Below the pieces are notes generated by a model that ran no database searches, was not told the origin of the DNA, and saw only the letters and a program-made list of their open reading frames with translations. A stretch of DNA of 61,116 nt, counting the filler. It is 7 parts of 7 records of this genome, joined end to end, with 100 filler letters (N's around TTAATTAATTAA, not from the genome) between each part and the next. Parts side by side here need not be neighbours in the genome. Positions count along the whole stretch, not along the records: positions 14,581 to 31,668 come from SRR7504441_9550; positions 31,769 to 44,912 come from SRR7504441_9552; 5 more parts are not named here. One strand, given 5' to 3'. Numbering within the stretch: the first letter of the stretch is position 1; each line of letters starts with the position of its first letter. Below, in pieces: positions 23,201 to 33,797 of the stretch. The position numbers were made by a program, and so were the translations under genes.

Positions 23201-23922
23201 CTCCATCCACGGACCAGCCCGGCGACCAGGCTCTCTGCCGCCCTGGTCGCCACCCCGGCAGCCGCGCACGCCAGCCCTCGGCAGCCCATCGCGCGCCGCT
23301 CTCTCCAACTCCAGCTCGATGCCCACCAGTCACGCACCAGCCGCGCCGCCGCCCAGACCAGCCGGCGGGCCTCCAAGTTGAGCAGCTGGGCCGCCGCCCG
23401 TTGCTGCAGGTACCGCTCCAACCCGACGGCGTACTCGCTCAAGCTATCGGCCCGGGCTTCGGACTGGGCGACAGCGTGGTTGAGTTCCGAGCCGGCCGAG
23501 GCCACCAGCTCGGAATGGCGGTGGCGCCAGAACCAGGCCGCCGCCGACCACCCGGCGACCGCCCGCGCCAGTCGGGCGTTGGTGCCCCGCTTGGATATGG
23601 CGCGCATCATCCTGGTGCCGGCCCCTTGGACCAGCCCCAGGCTCTGGGAGATCTCGATTGCCGCCTCGGCCGCCACCTCGCCTCGGGCGATGCTGGCGGC
23701 CACCCGGCGGAACTTGACCCGCCAGCAGGTCAGGCACTGCCGAGCCAGCCCGCTGCGCGACAGGCAAACCGTCAGCAAACGGGCCCCGGCCCGGTGGGCG
23801 ATCCGGCTGCCCCAAGCTGGGTCCGGAGCCGGCCGGAGCGGCGGCGGGGAGGCGGAGGGCTTGGGCGGCCCACCGAATACGGCCCGCTTGGGTGGCACCG
23901 GCCATGCCCGGCCGGTCTCCAT
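20260..23922 (-). CDS. 1220-aa Sfi1-like Trp-repeat helical protein (candidate centrin/EF-hand-binding scaffold)
   Basis: Long ORF with regularly spaced xxxW(R/K/S/Q) repeats in Ala/Arg/Leu-rich helical context. Confidence 0.55.
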   Translation of the reverse strand: METGRAWPVPPKRAVFGGPPKPSASPPPLRPAPDPAWGSRIAHRAGARLLTVCLSRSGLARQCLTCWRVKFRRVAASIARGEVAAEAAIEISQSLGLVQGAGTRMMRAISKRGTNARLARAVAGWSAAAWFWRHRHSELVASAGSELNHAVAQSEARADSLSEYAVGLERYLQQRAAAQLLNLEARRLVWAAARLVRDWWASSWSWRERRAMGCRGLACAAAGVATRAAESLVAGLVRGWSRQAVRARTRQAAGGMLFTLWHWGLDTRCARSLQQWSRRMRAAQVRDLQGQLLSERLEALQGSTREMDRHCASEEELHGALEQLRGQLLWLGVMTLQWVLTRAGAAARRQGVMIWRANIQAERAGRQMALRRVRRVWVDEWHRASEQQLRELLRGWADGLSATTAMRATNLQAMHGLDGQVHRWQQEATRWLLTAWRQNMKRAYEQRHQSEMASTISVLWRSEVCNGLSRLKGMVWLWDRASLVAVLRSWKCLHVAGSLTTEMQDAEHEMIQQQLQDQQQLDIFMKEAAARSITWFVMARSRAAAQNALWHWHHNWYCRLLLAQSDAEHNQMIGRFVAGQQQQRLGSLGRILTDSAVPLASVLLRDWRQQTLQHRADLALAREQQESMHQHSMAQSQLDSFASEAGARTLRGWLALHQSLLLARIVHDWQSEMLMAGYGGQLVLLAAKGRIATRQSLMRSVVRRWRTNAQQVFSAHGVAMERIRRALWHLTLHAARAAVLTWLGSKSRDNLYRARASAVLAGLHRSSDHAKCRRVCFTALVGLYSEQRVSRRMQLALQGWAAAASHSKATMVAVRLVLEWKTRERRCRRLRHAVSGWHAGTHASQLSHLLNEHALAQQVDAAHHTATRVQAEKHIEQVGLSRAAPVLLRAAIKLRVSAAQRAVRQILRGTIRSKGMIQLTGVASMYRASVLKAAAKQEGIMCWVKNLLRDSSQLLAVRKVVDAMWDAQLRDARAFARAWRSNSAMHHTRTTRMQGLQAGGRVAQHVLSRWHQQAVHRAVHRWIRRMLYLTREHLQKDLEIKASRLALLPRPNSKCYTAIKQWNSNAARAMVLAQLHAALASQPGDVTTAISRAIALHSSLDGQSGLTNLRDVLRYREAPLQEEVTSAPATAQTPSVLPGSPPAEDEGSGQSGVGTNYSTLRAWAAGVDSLPVPPGVAGRVLDGKKPAPPQPGNGPLSTPSRLNFEQLVEWANKNTDEPLR

Positions 23923-24006
23923 CCACTCCTAGTCAGTAGAGGTGGGGCCCCTGGTAAGCCTGGTTGCCATCTGTGAGCTGCTGGACTCGCTCACACAGCT
24001 GCAGCG

Positions 24007-27000
24007 ATGCGCAAGAAGCCGGCCGCGGCTACGCGCAGCAAGCCCGGCCGAGCGGGCAGCTCGCCCAAGCCCTGGGACAGCTCCTCGGGCCCGCCGGACC
24101 TGCCTCCGCCGCCGTCCGACGACGACGAAGCCAGCACTCTGTACCACCAGGCGATGGCCGGATCCCCGGGCTCACCGGCCGTCCCGTCGGCTGTGGCCGC
24201 GCTGCCCGAGCCGGAGCCGATGCCCGCCAGCGTGTTCGAGCTGAGTAGGTTCGAGACGGTGCCGGAGCCGTTGCTTCGCCGGGTCCTCGCTGCGGAGAGC
24301 CGGTCTGCCCGGGTAAGGGCCGCAGAGTTCGTGAGGATAGCTGAACAGCTCCTCCCGGCCACGGCGAGCGGTGGCAGCCCGGCTCGGCTGAGTGGGGGGC
24401 AGCCGGCGAGCGGGCTGGAGCAGCTGTTTGTGCTGTTTGACGCGGAGGGCCGTGGCTGGGTGGGGGTGGAGCAGCTAGGGTGCGGGCTGGGGGCGCTATG
24501 CCGGAGTGCCGCCCGGGACCGGCTGGCTGTCGGGTTTGCTGGGCTGGATCGGGACGGGGACGGGCGGTGGCTGTGCGGGCGGGCGGGCGAGTGAGGCTGG
24601 GGCAGGCTGGCGGAGGAGCAGGCCACGGCGGTGCTGCAGGTGCTGGGAGGAGGGAGCGTTCCACACGGCACTCTGCGGAGGGTGTGTGTCTGTGACCCGA
24701 CAGACGGGCGGGTGACAGTCGACGGGCTGCTGGACGGGCCGGAGAAACACCGGTGCGCGCCGGGCCGGGTCTGTCTGAGCGGGCGTAGGCTAGTCGGGTG
24801 GGTTGCGAGCTTCGCCGAGCGGATCCGCGCGAGATGTGAGTCGCTCCGACGGGCCGAGATAACCGCATGGAGACTCCAGTCGGGGATTCCCGCACTCGAG
24901 ACGGCTGCCGGCCGTCTGGAAGAGCTGGCTCCGGCGGTGGCGCAGGCCGATCACGCGCTTGGCTGCGTTCTTGCTATCCACAAGCCGGCGGGAGTCGATG
25001 AGGCCGTACAACATCTAGCACAGCTCAAGAGCATCTACCAGTCGGCTGCAGCCGCGGCGTGTGGCCGGAGGGCGGGCGAGTACGAGGCCAAGGCGCGGCG
25101 GATGGAGAAACGAATGTTGCAGGACTTCCCTTCAATCACAGACCTGTCAGCCGCCGTCACCCGAATCCAAAGGCACCTCATAACCGACGTTAACAGGCTC
25201 GGCCGGCCGGCTGGGCTCGGGCTCAGCCGAGACGGCAGGCAAGCCGGCGATATGGCTCGGTTTGGGCTGAGTCCAATGCTCGCCGCGCATCAAGCCGAGT
25301 GTGAGCAAGCAATAGTTCAATTAAGCAAGGCAGGCTCTGTGCCCGGCTGGCCTGAGCTGCGTCCAGATGATCCGACCCATCACCGCCGAGATTGTGGCCC
25401 TGCATCAGCGGTGCGACCCGACAGCCGCGATGGCCGCAGCACTCCGGACTCAGTCAGTGGCGGCGGAGCTCAGCGAACAGGCGTTGCCTCAGCCCCGACT
25501 GGCTTACCTGTCGTGGCAGGTGGATGGGCTGGCTGTGGGGCTCGGCAAGACGAGTGCGAGTGCGGCGGGGCTAGAAGAGAAGCTGGGCCCGATGGAGACG
25601 GCTATGCACCAGATCCAGAAGGCGCTCGAGGCCCTGGCAGGCACGGCCAAGAAACAGGCTGCTGCTGTCGAACAGTCGCGCACTCGGGAGAACGAGCTGC
25701 AGGCGAGCGGACTGGGCGGCGGGCAGGCTCATTCGTGCTGCAGGAAGCGATCGAGAAGCAGGCCACTGAGCTGCGTGCAGAGATGGAGGGCTGGGTGTCG
25801 ACGGTGGCGGGCAGGCGGCGGTCTGGCCGGATGGCTGGTAGGTGATGGAACAGCTCGGCGATAAGCTGGACGCGCTGGAGGATAAGCTCAACGGGCTGGA
25901 CCGGAAGGTGGCCGAGCAGGGAACTCAGTTCGAGCGCAAGCTGCAGCTGCAAGAGGAGCGGCTTCGGGCCGAGTTTGAGGCCCGGTGCGTGGCGGGTGAG
26001 GCCGGCGGCGAGTGTTGGCAGGTGGGGAGCACTCGATGGCCGAATCGAGCAGTGCCAGGAGGTACTCCAGCTGCGGGCGGACGCCGAGGGCTCCAAGCTC
26101 TCGTCAAAGCTCAACAAGATCGAGCGGCTTGAGAAGGAGCTCGGAGGAAAGATCAGCAGGTTGGACAAAGAGCAGCAGCAGGTAGCTCGGCCGGCGCCTG
26201 CTGGCTCTGACGGGCAGCCAGGCCGAAGCAGCGCTTCGGAGGGAGCTCAGCCAGCTTAGCGGGACCGTTGGCAGCCAGGCAGATGCAGTGGAGGCGAATC
26301 TGAGGCGGCTGACTGGACAGCTGGAGGAATTCGATGGCCAGCTCCGTCTTAAGGCTCCGATTCTGGCGAGTCAGCAGGCTGAGCTTTGGATGTAGGTCGA
26401 GGCCAGCGGGGACAAGCTCAGAGAGACGATTAAATCAGGCGCCGACGAATTCAGCACCAAGCTCGAACGCAGAGCTGGCGAGTTGCAGAGCCAGCTCGGG
26501 CTATGCTGCGACGACGTGTTCCGGAAAGCGGCGGAGGCTCAGCAGGCGCATTCTGGAGCTGAGCGCTGGCTGATGGCTTGCAGGCATTGGAGCGACAGGT
26601 GGTGAGCACTCAAGCACACTGGCAGCACGAGCTGCACGAGCTAGGCTCCAGGTGCCGGGGGTATGTCTCTGTGATCGGGTGGGCAGGCTCGATTGCCAAT
26701 TGGGCCAGCGGATGGGAGCAATCGAGCATCGCACTGGCGAGCAAGTCAAGCAATTGGAGGCGCGCTGCCCGGGTTGCCAAGACTAAGCCCGGCACAGGAG
26801 GCGGACGCTAAGCTGCTGAAGCAGCTGCAGTGCGCTTGGACGCACAGCGAGGCTAAGCATCAGGCCAGCAGCAAGGCGATGGCCGAAGAGTCCAACACGA
26901 TTCGAGCGCTTCTAGAGGACGCCAAGGCAGAGTTGCGGGCCGGTGCCAGAAGGGAGAACCAGCAGCTTGCGGACAAGGCCGGCCAGCGGGCGGATGAGGT

Positions 27001-27445
27001 GCGGGACACACTCGAGCAACGGTTAGAGGCGGCCTCTAAGCAGCTGGAGGCCGTTGGTGAGGAGATGCGTGGGGCGGACTCGCTTGCCGCCAAGGGCCTC
27101 GAGGCCACCAAGCTCGAGATGGGCCAACAGCTCCAGAAGGTGGCCACAATGGTGCGAGCCGGCTGCTTCCAGGAGGTGGCGCGGGTGGCGCATGAAGCCA
27201 GGGACGCGCGTGCGCAGCTGCAGAGTCAACTGCAGCAGCTGCAGCAACTTATCGAGCAACACAAGGAGGTGAATCAGGCTGCCGTGGATCGGGCCGAGTC
27301 GCGATCAGAGCGGTTGAGTGCGGGGCTTCGGGACAGCCTGGATGCCATGTCGGCTAGTCTCGGGGTGAGGGAGGCGATGGGAGGGCTTGAAGGACTGGAC
27401 GAGCTCGGAGTCTCCCAGCATGACTTCCGCCTAGTACAAAGTTAG
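24007..27445 (+). CDS. EF-hand plus long coiled-coil protein, about 13 mini-introns, several GC-AG
   Basis: FDAEGRGWVGVEQL and LDRDGDGR|L EF-like loops; heptad-rich exons that join in frame after removing 35-43-nt introns. Confidence 0.75.
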
Positions 27446-27662
27446 TCGGTTCAGTATTGACTCACTTATTCAGTGTACAATAGTATGTCGAACACTCTTC
27501 CTTCTTTAACATGAATTTTATAATGGATTAAGGTTGTATTAAGGTTGGCAATCAAGCGCAACGGGAGATAGACGAGCGCCGTTTAGAGTCGTGAAATCTT
27601 GAGTCCTGATCACGATTGCTTGTTGTCGATGCAGATACCGTACCTGTGAGTAAGTAGCGCTT

Positions 27663-28296
27663 TCAAGATTGAACTGTAGAGTCGTACTGAGTCGCAGCTG
27701 CCGATTGCGCCAAGCTATGCTGGCCGTCTTGCTTAGCCTCCGGGGCAGTCTCGGCTTGCTGGCCTTCAGTCTCGCTTTGCGCCAGGCTGCGGAAGTGAAG
27801 CACGGCGCACACGTTGATCACGGCGGAGCACAGCGAGCAAAAGAAGAACGAATTGCCGTTCTTGCCGTAGTCTGTCCAAGCCCACGGGTTCATCTCCTCG
27901 TTCCACAAGCAGATGGCCGCCACCATAAACCCAATCTCGACCAGCACCGACACCCCGGCAACAACGCACACAGCGTGGCACCAGCATTTGTAGCGCGGCT
28001 CCTCCGCATACCCGGCAGCCTGCTGCTGCTGGTGCGCCTTCCACTGCATCACCCCGAGCAGCCCTGCAGGATGGATCAGCAGGGGACTCGGATGGAGCTG
28101 GATACCGAGCACGAAGGAGGTTGTGAACGAGGCGCCGTCAAAGCTCCAGTACGGCGCGAAGAAGACCGCCCCGGAGATGACGAACACCACCGCCGCCACC
28201 GCCATCACCGGCAGGAGCACCTTGTTCCGACATTCCAGCTCGCAGCACCCTGCCCGCCCCGCTCAGCCCAGCCGCCCAGCACAACCACCCACCCAT
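27663..28296 (-). CDS. Small ~4-TM membrane protein beginning MGCC (4-nt first coding exon)
   Basis: ATGG|gtgggtgg...gggcag|GG TGC TGC joins to ORF 27663..28220; probable second in-frame 42-nt intron; four hydrophobic segments. Confidence 0.65.
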
Positions 28297-28503
28297 TCCA
28301 GCCGGTGCCCTCGTCAGGCGCGTTGACCCTTCAGCCTTCGTAACGGAAGCGCGAGCAGCCTTCGGCCCTCGTCCAACGGTCCCTCACCACCACCAGCCTC
28401 AGCACCCCCGGCGTTCGCCCGCCCTGAGCCAGCTCGGCCAGCATCTCACCCGCCGCTCCCCCCCGCACGCGACCACAGCGCAGCAGTTCAGGGCAGCTGC
28501 AGG

Positions 28504-30316
28504 ATGGAGCTCAACGAGGCGCCGATGGAGGGCAAGGAGGCCCCCAAGGCCGAGGCGCTGCTGGGCGACTACCACTCGAGCGAGACGGTGTTTGACCTGG
28601 CCGAGGCTGATGTCCCCCAGAGCGTCGGGTGGTGCCAGTGCGCCTTCATGATCATGGTGCCGCCGCCTCCGCCGGGGCCGAGACCGGTGGCAGGCCTCGA
28701 TCGTGGGGGTGGGTGTGTTGGGCCTGCCGTACAACTTCATGAAGGTCGGCTGGCTGCTCGCGCTGCTCTTCCTGCTGCTGGGGGCGATCTCGGCCACGTA
28801 CTCAGGGCTGCTCATCTATGAGTGCTGCCAGGAGATCCACCGGGTGGGCTAGTTCGCCCCTCAGGCCTGACTGCCGCGGCCAGGTCTCCGGGACAAGGGT
28901 CCAGAGCTTTGCGGACCTCGGAGCTCAGGTGTTCGGTGAGAACACACGCTCGGCGTTCAACGGAATCTGCTACACGTCGATCGCGATGGCTTTGATCATC
29001 CAGCAGCTGGTCCTCACTCAAAGTGCGCAGGCGGTGGTGCTCACACAGCCCTCAAGCCCCGCACTAAGCACGCATCAGGTGAGAAACGCCGGTGGCGACC
29101 CGACCAGCTTCTGCCTGTACACAGCCTCGGCGGTGGTGGCGGTGCTCATGCTAAGTTTCACCCAGGTCTGTGTGCCACGAATCGTGCGCTGGAATGGCTG
29201 CAGGTGCGCTCGCTGGCAGAGATGGGCTGGACAGCAATATTTGGGGTGTCCTCGATCGCTGTTCCTCTGATTATTGTGTTTTGTCACGCAATTTCGAGCC
29301 CCACTCCGTGAGCCGATCTGTTTATAGAGACTTGCTGCAGCACTCGCCCTGACAGTGGTGTGCAGTCAAGGGGACGATACGCTGCTCAACACAGAAACCT
29401 CGTGGTCGCATTTCTTGTCGAATTTAGTTGGCGGTGTTGTTTTCGCCTTCTCAGGCCAAATCCTGTTTCCGGAATTCATATCCACGCTCGAGAACACCCA
29501 TGACTTCCCGAAAGTGAGCCAACCGATGGCCGCGCTGTGCTGATCAAAACACGGCAGGCAGTGTATCTATCCTCTGTGGCAATGACGGCTATCTATCTGC
29601 TGGTGGCTGTGCTCGGGTCAGCTGACTATATAGCCGGCTGATGAGGGCATAGGTACGCGCTGCTGGGCTCTGCAGTCACCTCGCCCATCACCAATGACTT
29701 GCGCCACGGCGGGGCCTCCGTTACTGCTGAGCTGGTGCTGATTTTCCACGTGGTGGTCGGGTGACCAGCCTGCAGCCCTTGCTCTGAGCGTGGCAAATCA
29801 GATACGCGATCGGGGCAAATGTTTTCAACAGCTTCGTCTGGACAATTGTGACAGACTCTGTGCTTGTCGGTTGACTTGGAGGGGCAGGTCTTCCCAAAAA
29901 CCGATAAGATGACAGATAACACTGAGACTCGCGTCTGGTGGTTTCTGATCACTCTGGCCACAATTGCGGGTGCATTCCTGGTGCCAGCATGGCGTAGAGA
30001 GCGGTACTCATTGTATGGGGCACTAGGTGGCAAACCTGATTCCAGTGTTTTCTGACATTGTGAATCTCAATGGGTCGACGCTTGGGGTGGCGCTCCGCCA
30101 ACCTGGCAGCTGACCTACGTCCAGGTGCTGATTACATACAATCTACCGGCCATCATGTACCTCAAGCTCAAGGAGCCCCAGGGCCCGGAGCGGACCAGGA
30201 TCTGGCTATTTTTTGGGTTTGGGATAGCGTTGATGCTGTTCGGTACGCTGGGGAGCGTCGCATCGCTTATCGGCGACTTGGGCTCGTCCGGCGTGTTCCC
30301 TTGTGTCACGAAGTGA
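28504..30316 (+). CDS. Amino acid/auxin permease (Aa_trans) family transporter, about 11 GT-AG introns
   Basis: Spliced ASIVGVGVLGLPYNFMKVGW, VFAFSGQILFPEF, GYALLG, LIPVFSDIVNLNGS and ITYNLPAIMYLKL. Confidence 0.9.
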
Positions 30317-30696
30317 GCTATTATAGGTACTGTAGTAAGCTTAATAGGATTCTCGTACCTATGATGACTTGATGATCGTGAGGGATTACATACCGTAGCT
30401 CTTAGACTATAGCTAAATGATTTTACGGAGCTCGAATAATTCAACTTTAGCACAATCCGAACTAGGCTCATTTTAATATAATTGATATCATTCGCGGAAC
30501 TCCCACAACTCAGTTCGCCCCCGGACGAGCGCTCCAAGAAGCTCCGACGTATCTACCCGTATCCGGCGAGTACCGATGAGGTATAATGGTGTAGTGATCT
30601 GAGGGAAAGTGTCTTGCACCGATGCCCTTGGGATTCCTTGTGGCTGATGGTGCCATGGACCGGAACCCAACTGATCGGTGGGGCTGATTAGCCACC

Positions 30697-31668
30697 CTAT
30701 TTGTGCTGCTTCCTCAACTTGTAACCGGTCCAATCAATGTCCGTTCGCTTCTGGTTATTCTTCATCCCGGACTTCTTCTTCTTGTTTTCCCCATAGTTCT
30801 TCCCCCAGCTCTTCAGACTCTCCAGCTCACGCTTCTTATCCAGCTTACGCTTCCTATCCAACTCACGCTTCTGCTCCAGCTCAAGCTTCCTTTGCTGCTC
30901 CTTGAGTGCAATCTGCCGGGCCGCTTCAGCCGCTTCCTTTGCCATTCTTTTCTGGTTGATTCCTGTGTAATCCTTTTGCCTCTTCTGCTTGTTCATCTTC
31001 CGATACTCCTTTTGAGCCCATTCTCGCTGCCGTCTGTGCCTTCGTTTCAGCGCTTCTTCTTGTTGCCGGTTTCGCCCCGTGCGCTTGTCATCCATCTTCA
31101 TCGCCCATTTGGCTCTCTTGTTCAGCTTCCCCTTCTTCGGCTTCTTGCGCTTCTTGTATGACGGCTCCTCGTTGTCAGCGAGTCGCGGCGAGTGATATTT
31201 CTTCTGTTCGCGGCGCATCTTAGGATCATACGGCTCACGAATTAACGCATTTGGATTAATGAGTTTCTTAAACCAATTCTTGACCCGGTCCCTTTTGCGG
31301 TTGCCGATCCATCTGCTTTTGTCCACCGGAACATTTGCGTTTGGTTGGGCGCTTTGTAAGTTGTCATCCTGATCAAAGTCATCCAGATCAAAGTCTTCCG
31401 AGTGCAAAGTATGGACCGAGTCATTCAGCCGATCATCGAGAGTAGGAGCGATTTGATCATCGTCCGAGTCGATCATCGGCACCAGTTCGTGCTTCTTTTT
31501 CAGGTCCACCGGCTTTGAAGGCACCGGCCCGCGCTTCTTTTGCGGTTTACGGCGCCGGACGCCCACGACCACGAACTCCTGTTCCGGGCGCCCGGCGAGC
31601 CCGGCGAGGGCAAGCCTCGGCCCGGCGATGTCCTTGCTGGGCCGGGAGCCCAGGAACTGGCTGAGCTC
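30697..31668 (-). CDS. Lys/Arg-rich low-complexity protein, 5'-truncated
   Basis: ORF 30697..31572 with coding-like sequence continuing toward the linker; basic and coiled-coil composition. Confidence 0.6.
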   Translation of the reverse strand, partial: ELSQFLGSRPSKDIAGPRLALAGLAGRPEQEFVVVGVRRRKPQKKRGPVPSKPVDLKKKHELVPMIDSDDDQIAPTLDDRLNDSVHTLHSEDFDLDDFDQDDNLQSAQPNANVPVDKSRWIGNRKRDRVKNWFKKLINPNALIREPYDPKMRREQKKYHSPRLADNEEPSYKKRKKPKKGKLNKRAKWAMKMDDKRTGRNRQQEEALKRRHRRQREWAQKEYRKMNKQKRQKDYTGINQKRMAKEAAEAARQIALKEQQRKLELEQKRELDRKRKLDKKRELESLKSWGKNYGENKKKKSGMKNNQKRTDIDWTGYKLRKQHK

Positions 31669-31768
31669 NNNNNNNNNNNNNNNNNNNNNNNNNNNNNNNN
31701 NNNNNNNNNNNNTTAATTAATTAANNNNNNNNNNNNNNNNNNNNNNNNNNNNNNNNNNNNNNNNNNNN
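31669..31768. other. Artificial contig linker
   Basis: N44-TTAATTAATTAA-N44. Confidence 0.99.
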
Positions 31769-32193
31769 CTGTAATTACAATTGTAATGCCAGCCTTGGCT
31801 GAAGCATGACTTCATGCAGGGAGGAGCCAAGGAGGACCGAGCATATTCACGGGATCGGCTCATCTCGAACGCTAGCCGTGCGCGAAAATGATCACCAAGC
31901 TTGGGAGTCGGGACGACTTACGCGCCCGTATCAAGATTGCGGTTCAATGGTCTGACCTCACGATTTTTTTTTATAAATTTGTCGCGGTTATACAACTCGG
32001 GAATGTGCCCCTCGCAAGCATGGCCAGACGCGCCGATCGTAGCTGTGCTGTTATATTGTACAATAATTATTAAAACAGGACTATCACAACCGAACACAGA
32101 ATACAGTCCGACAACCGATCATGCGGCCAACCTCCACACTGCTCCACCAGCAGCCCCAAACTGCGACAGCCGCGCTGTCGGCACTCACGGCGG

Positions 32194-32718
32194 CTACTTG
32201 CTGTAATGGATGTTCAGCGCCACTGCGGTCTTATGCATCACTAGAAAACGTTCCCGGTCGATCACCTGCCAACGGCTCCAACGGAAGCAGCCGGCCCTAC
32301 CGACCGCCATCGCGTCCAGCAGGTCGGTCAGCTCGCCAACGTCGATCTTCTTCTTATTCCGCGGTGAAAAGTTGCCTACGAACCGCCGGGTGTCCTGCCG
32401 CCGCCCTCAGCCCGCTGGGGCGCCCACGGCGCCGGGCCTTGTCATTTGGCGCCAGCTTAGCGACCTGCCGGTGGGGGAGTGAGGGCGCGGGCCGCAGTCG
32501 GCTGGCGCCTGGTCCATAAATCCGTTGAACCGCTCGATGCTCACCTCCCCGCCCTCAGCACCGATTGCCTGCCGCCGGCCGTCGCCCGGGCGGCCGCGAG
32601 GGCGCGACCTTGATGATAGCTTGGACAGGTCGGAGCCCGTCCGCTGCAACGGACTTGACCTGCGCCCGGTCGCCCCCCGGCCCGACGCCCACATCCTGAC
32701 CTGCTGGTTGGGCTGCAT
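32194..32718 (-). CDS. Small ~105-aa degenerate EF-hand-like protein hidden by five mini-introns (two GC-AG)
   Basis: Spliced product MQPNQQ|VKSVAADGLRPVQAIIK|AIGAEGGEVSIERFNGFMDQ|VAKLAPNDK|DTRRFVGNFSPRNKKKIDVGELTDLLDAMA|VIDRERFLVMHKTAVALNIHYSK*; all introns phase 0, 39-44 nt. Confidence 0.65.
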
Positions 32719-32773
32719 CCGCCTGCTGGTTTTTGGTTTGGCGAAAACGTCAACGGACGATCTGCTGGTCTCG

Positions 32774-33625
32774 ATGTTGCCGGCGGCGCTCGCCCACATC
32801 CTGACACTGGGGCACATCCTGGTGCGCAAGGCTCTCGGGGCGGTGGGCGAGGGGCCGGCGCTCGCACTGGGGGCGCTCCTCAGCCTAGCCCTGGCCATGC
32901 TCGTCTACCACGCCCTCACGCAACCCGGCCGCCGCCGGCGCGATGCCGAGCTGCACCTGGCGGCCGGCCGGGCCGATCCGGTGGAGGTAGTCCGGTTACT
33001 CAAGGCCGGCGCTGACCCTTCTGCCTGCGACAACCCGCGGGGCGAGACGGCGCTGCACGCCGCCTGCCGGAGCGATGCTACCGGCGAGTGCTGCGCGGGG
33101 CTGTTGATGGGAGGCTCACCGGTGGACGCTTTGTGCGTGCACGGGGGGAATCCGCTCCACCAAGCCGGGCAGTTCCTCAGGGCCCGGGCAATGATCGCGG
33201 TGCTCGAGGCGGCCGGCCCCGGTAGCCCGGCCGTCAACCGGCAGGACAAGAACGGATGGACGCCGCTGCATTCCTGCGTGTACAAACCGGCAGGGACGCC
33301 CGAGCTCAGAGCTGCCAGGCGGGAGATGATCCAAGCGCTTGTCCGTTGCGGGGCCGATCGGATGCTCGCAAACAAGGAGGGCCGGACGCCTGTGGGTCTG
33401 GCCAAGCTTCACGGGCATGACGATGCAGTCGAGGCGCTGGAGAGGGGATCGAGAGTGAAGGCGGGTCGTGAGAGTGAAGAAGCTGAGCGGGCTGCCGAGG
33501 CCGGTGAGATGATGTCGGCCAAGAGCGCGGTGCGCCGGCTGTTTCTTGAGATGAAAAAGTCCGGGGTTCACTGCAGGAACAAGGCGACGACGCCATTGAA
33601 CGATTTCATCATGAAATATCAGTAA
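32774..33625 (+). CDS. Ankyrin-repeat protein with N-terminal hydrophobic segment
   Basis: ELHLAA, GETALHAAC, GNPLHQA, GWTPLHSC and GRTPVGLA repeats; ATG at 32774. Confidence 0.85.
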   Translation: MLPAALAHILTLGHILVRKALGAVGEGPALALGALLSLALAMLVYHALTQPGRRRRDAELHLAAGRADPVEVVRLLKAGADPSACDNPRGETALHAACRSDATGECCAGLLMGGSPVDALCVHGGNPLHQAGQFLRARAMIAVLEAAGPGSPAVNRQDKNGWTPLHSCVYKPAGTPELRAARREMIQALVRCGADRMLANKEGRTPVGLAKLHGHDDAVEALERGSRVKAGRESEEAERAAEAGEMMSAKSAVRRLFLEMKKSGVHCRNKATTPLNDFIMKYQ

Positions 33626-33797
33626 AGCTGAATAAAGCCGGTGTGACATATCAGCTCTCGTAGCGACAATTATTGCCATAGAAGTACTATGTATCAGCCC
33701 TGAATTCGAGTGCCAGAGTAGGAAATAATTATTTAAGCTCAGTTCAACCAACAATACAGTTTCATTTCATATTAGCCCGGACGGCTCAACCGCCGAG

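Noticed and set aside
30488-30733. Short ORFs directly downstream of the Lys-rich gene as a second bicistron
   Set aside because: No ATG-initiated domain-like content and no coding signature; probably 3'UTR
31795-31972. CCTTGGCT...AGCCAAGG hairpin, ATGATCA...CTGA and a T-run (possible snoRNA, SECIS or Pol III RNA)
   Set aside because: Imperfect C box, no terminal stem or recognisable guide, and no nearby UGA-containing gene; needs an Infernal/Rfam search
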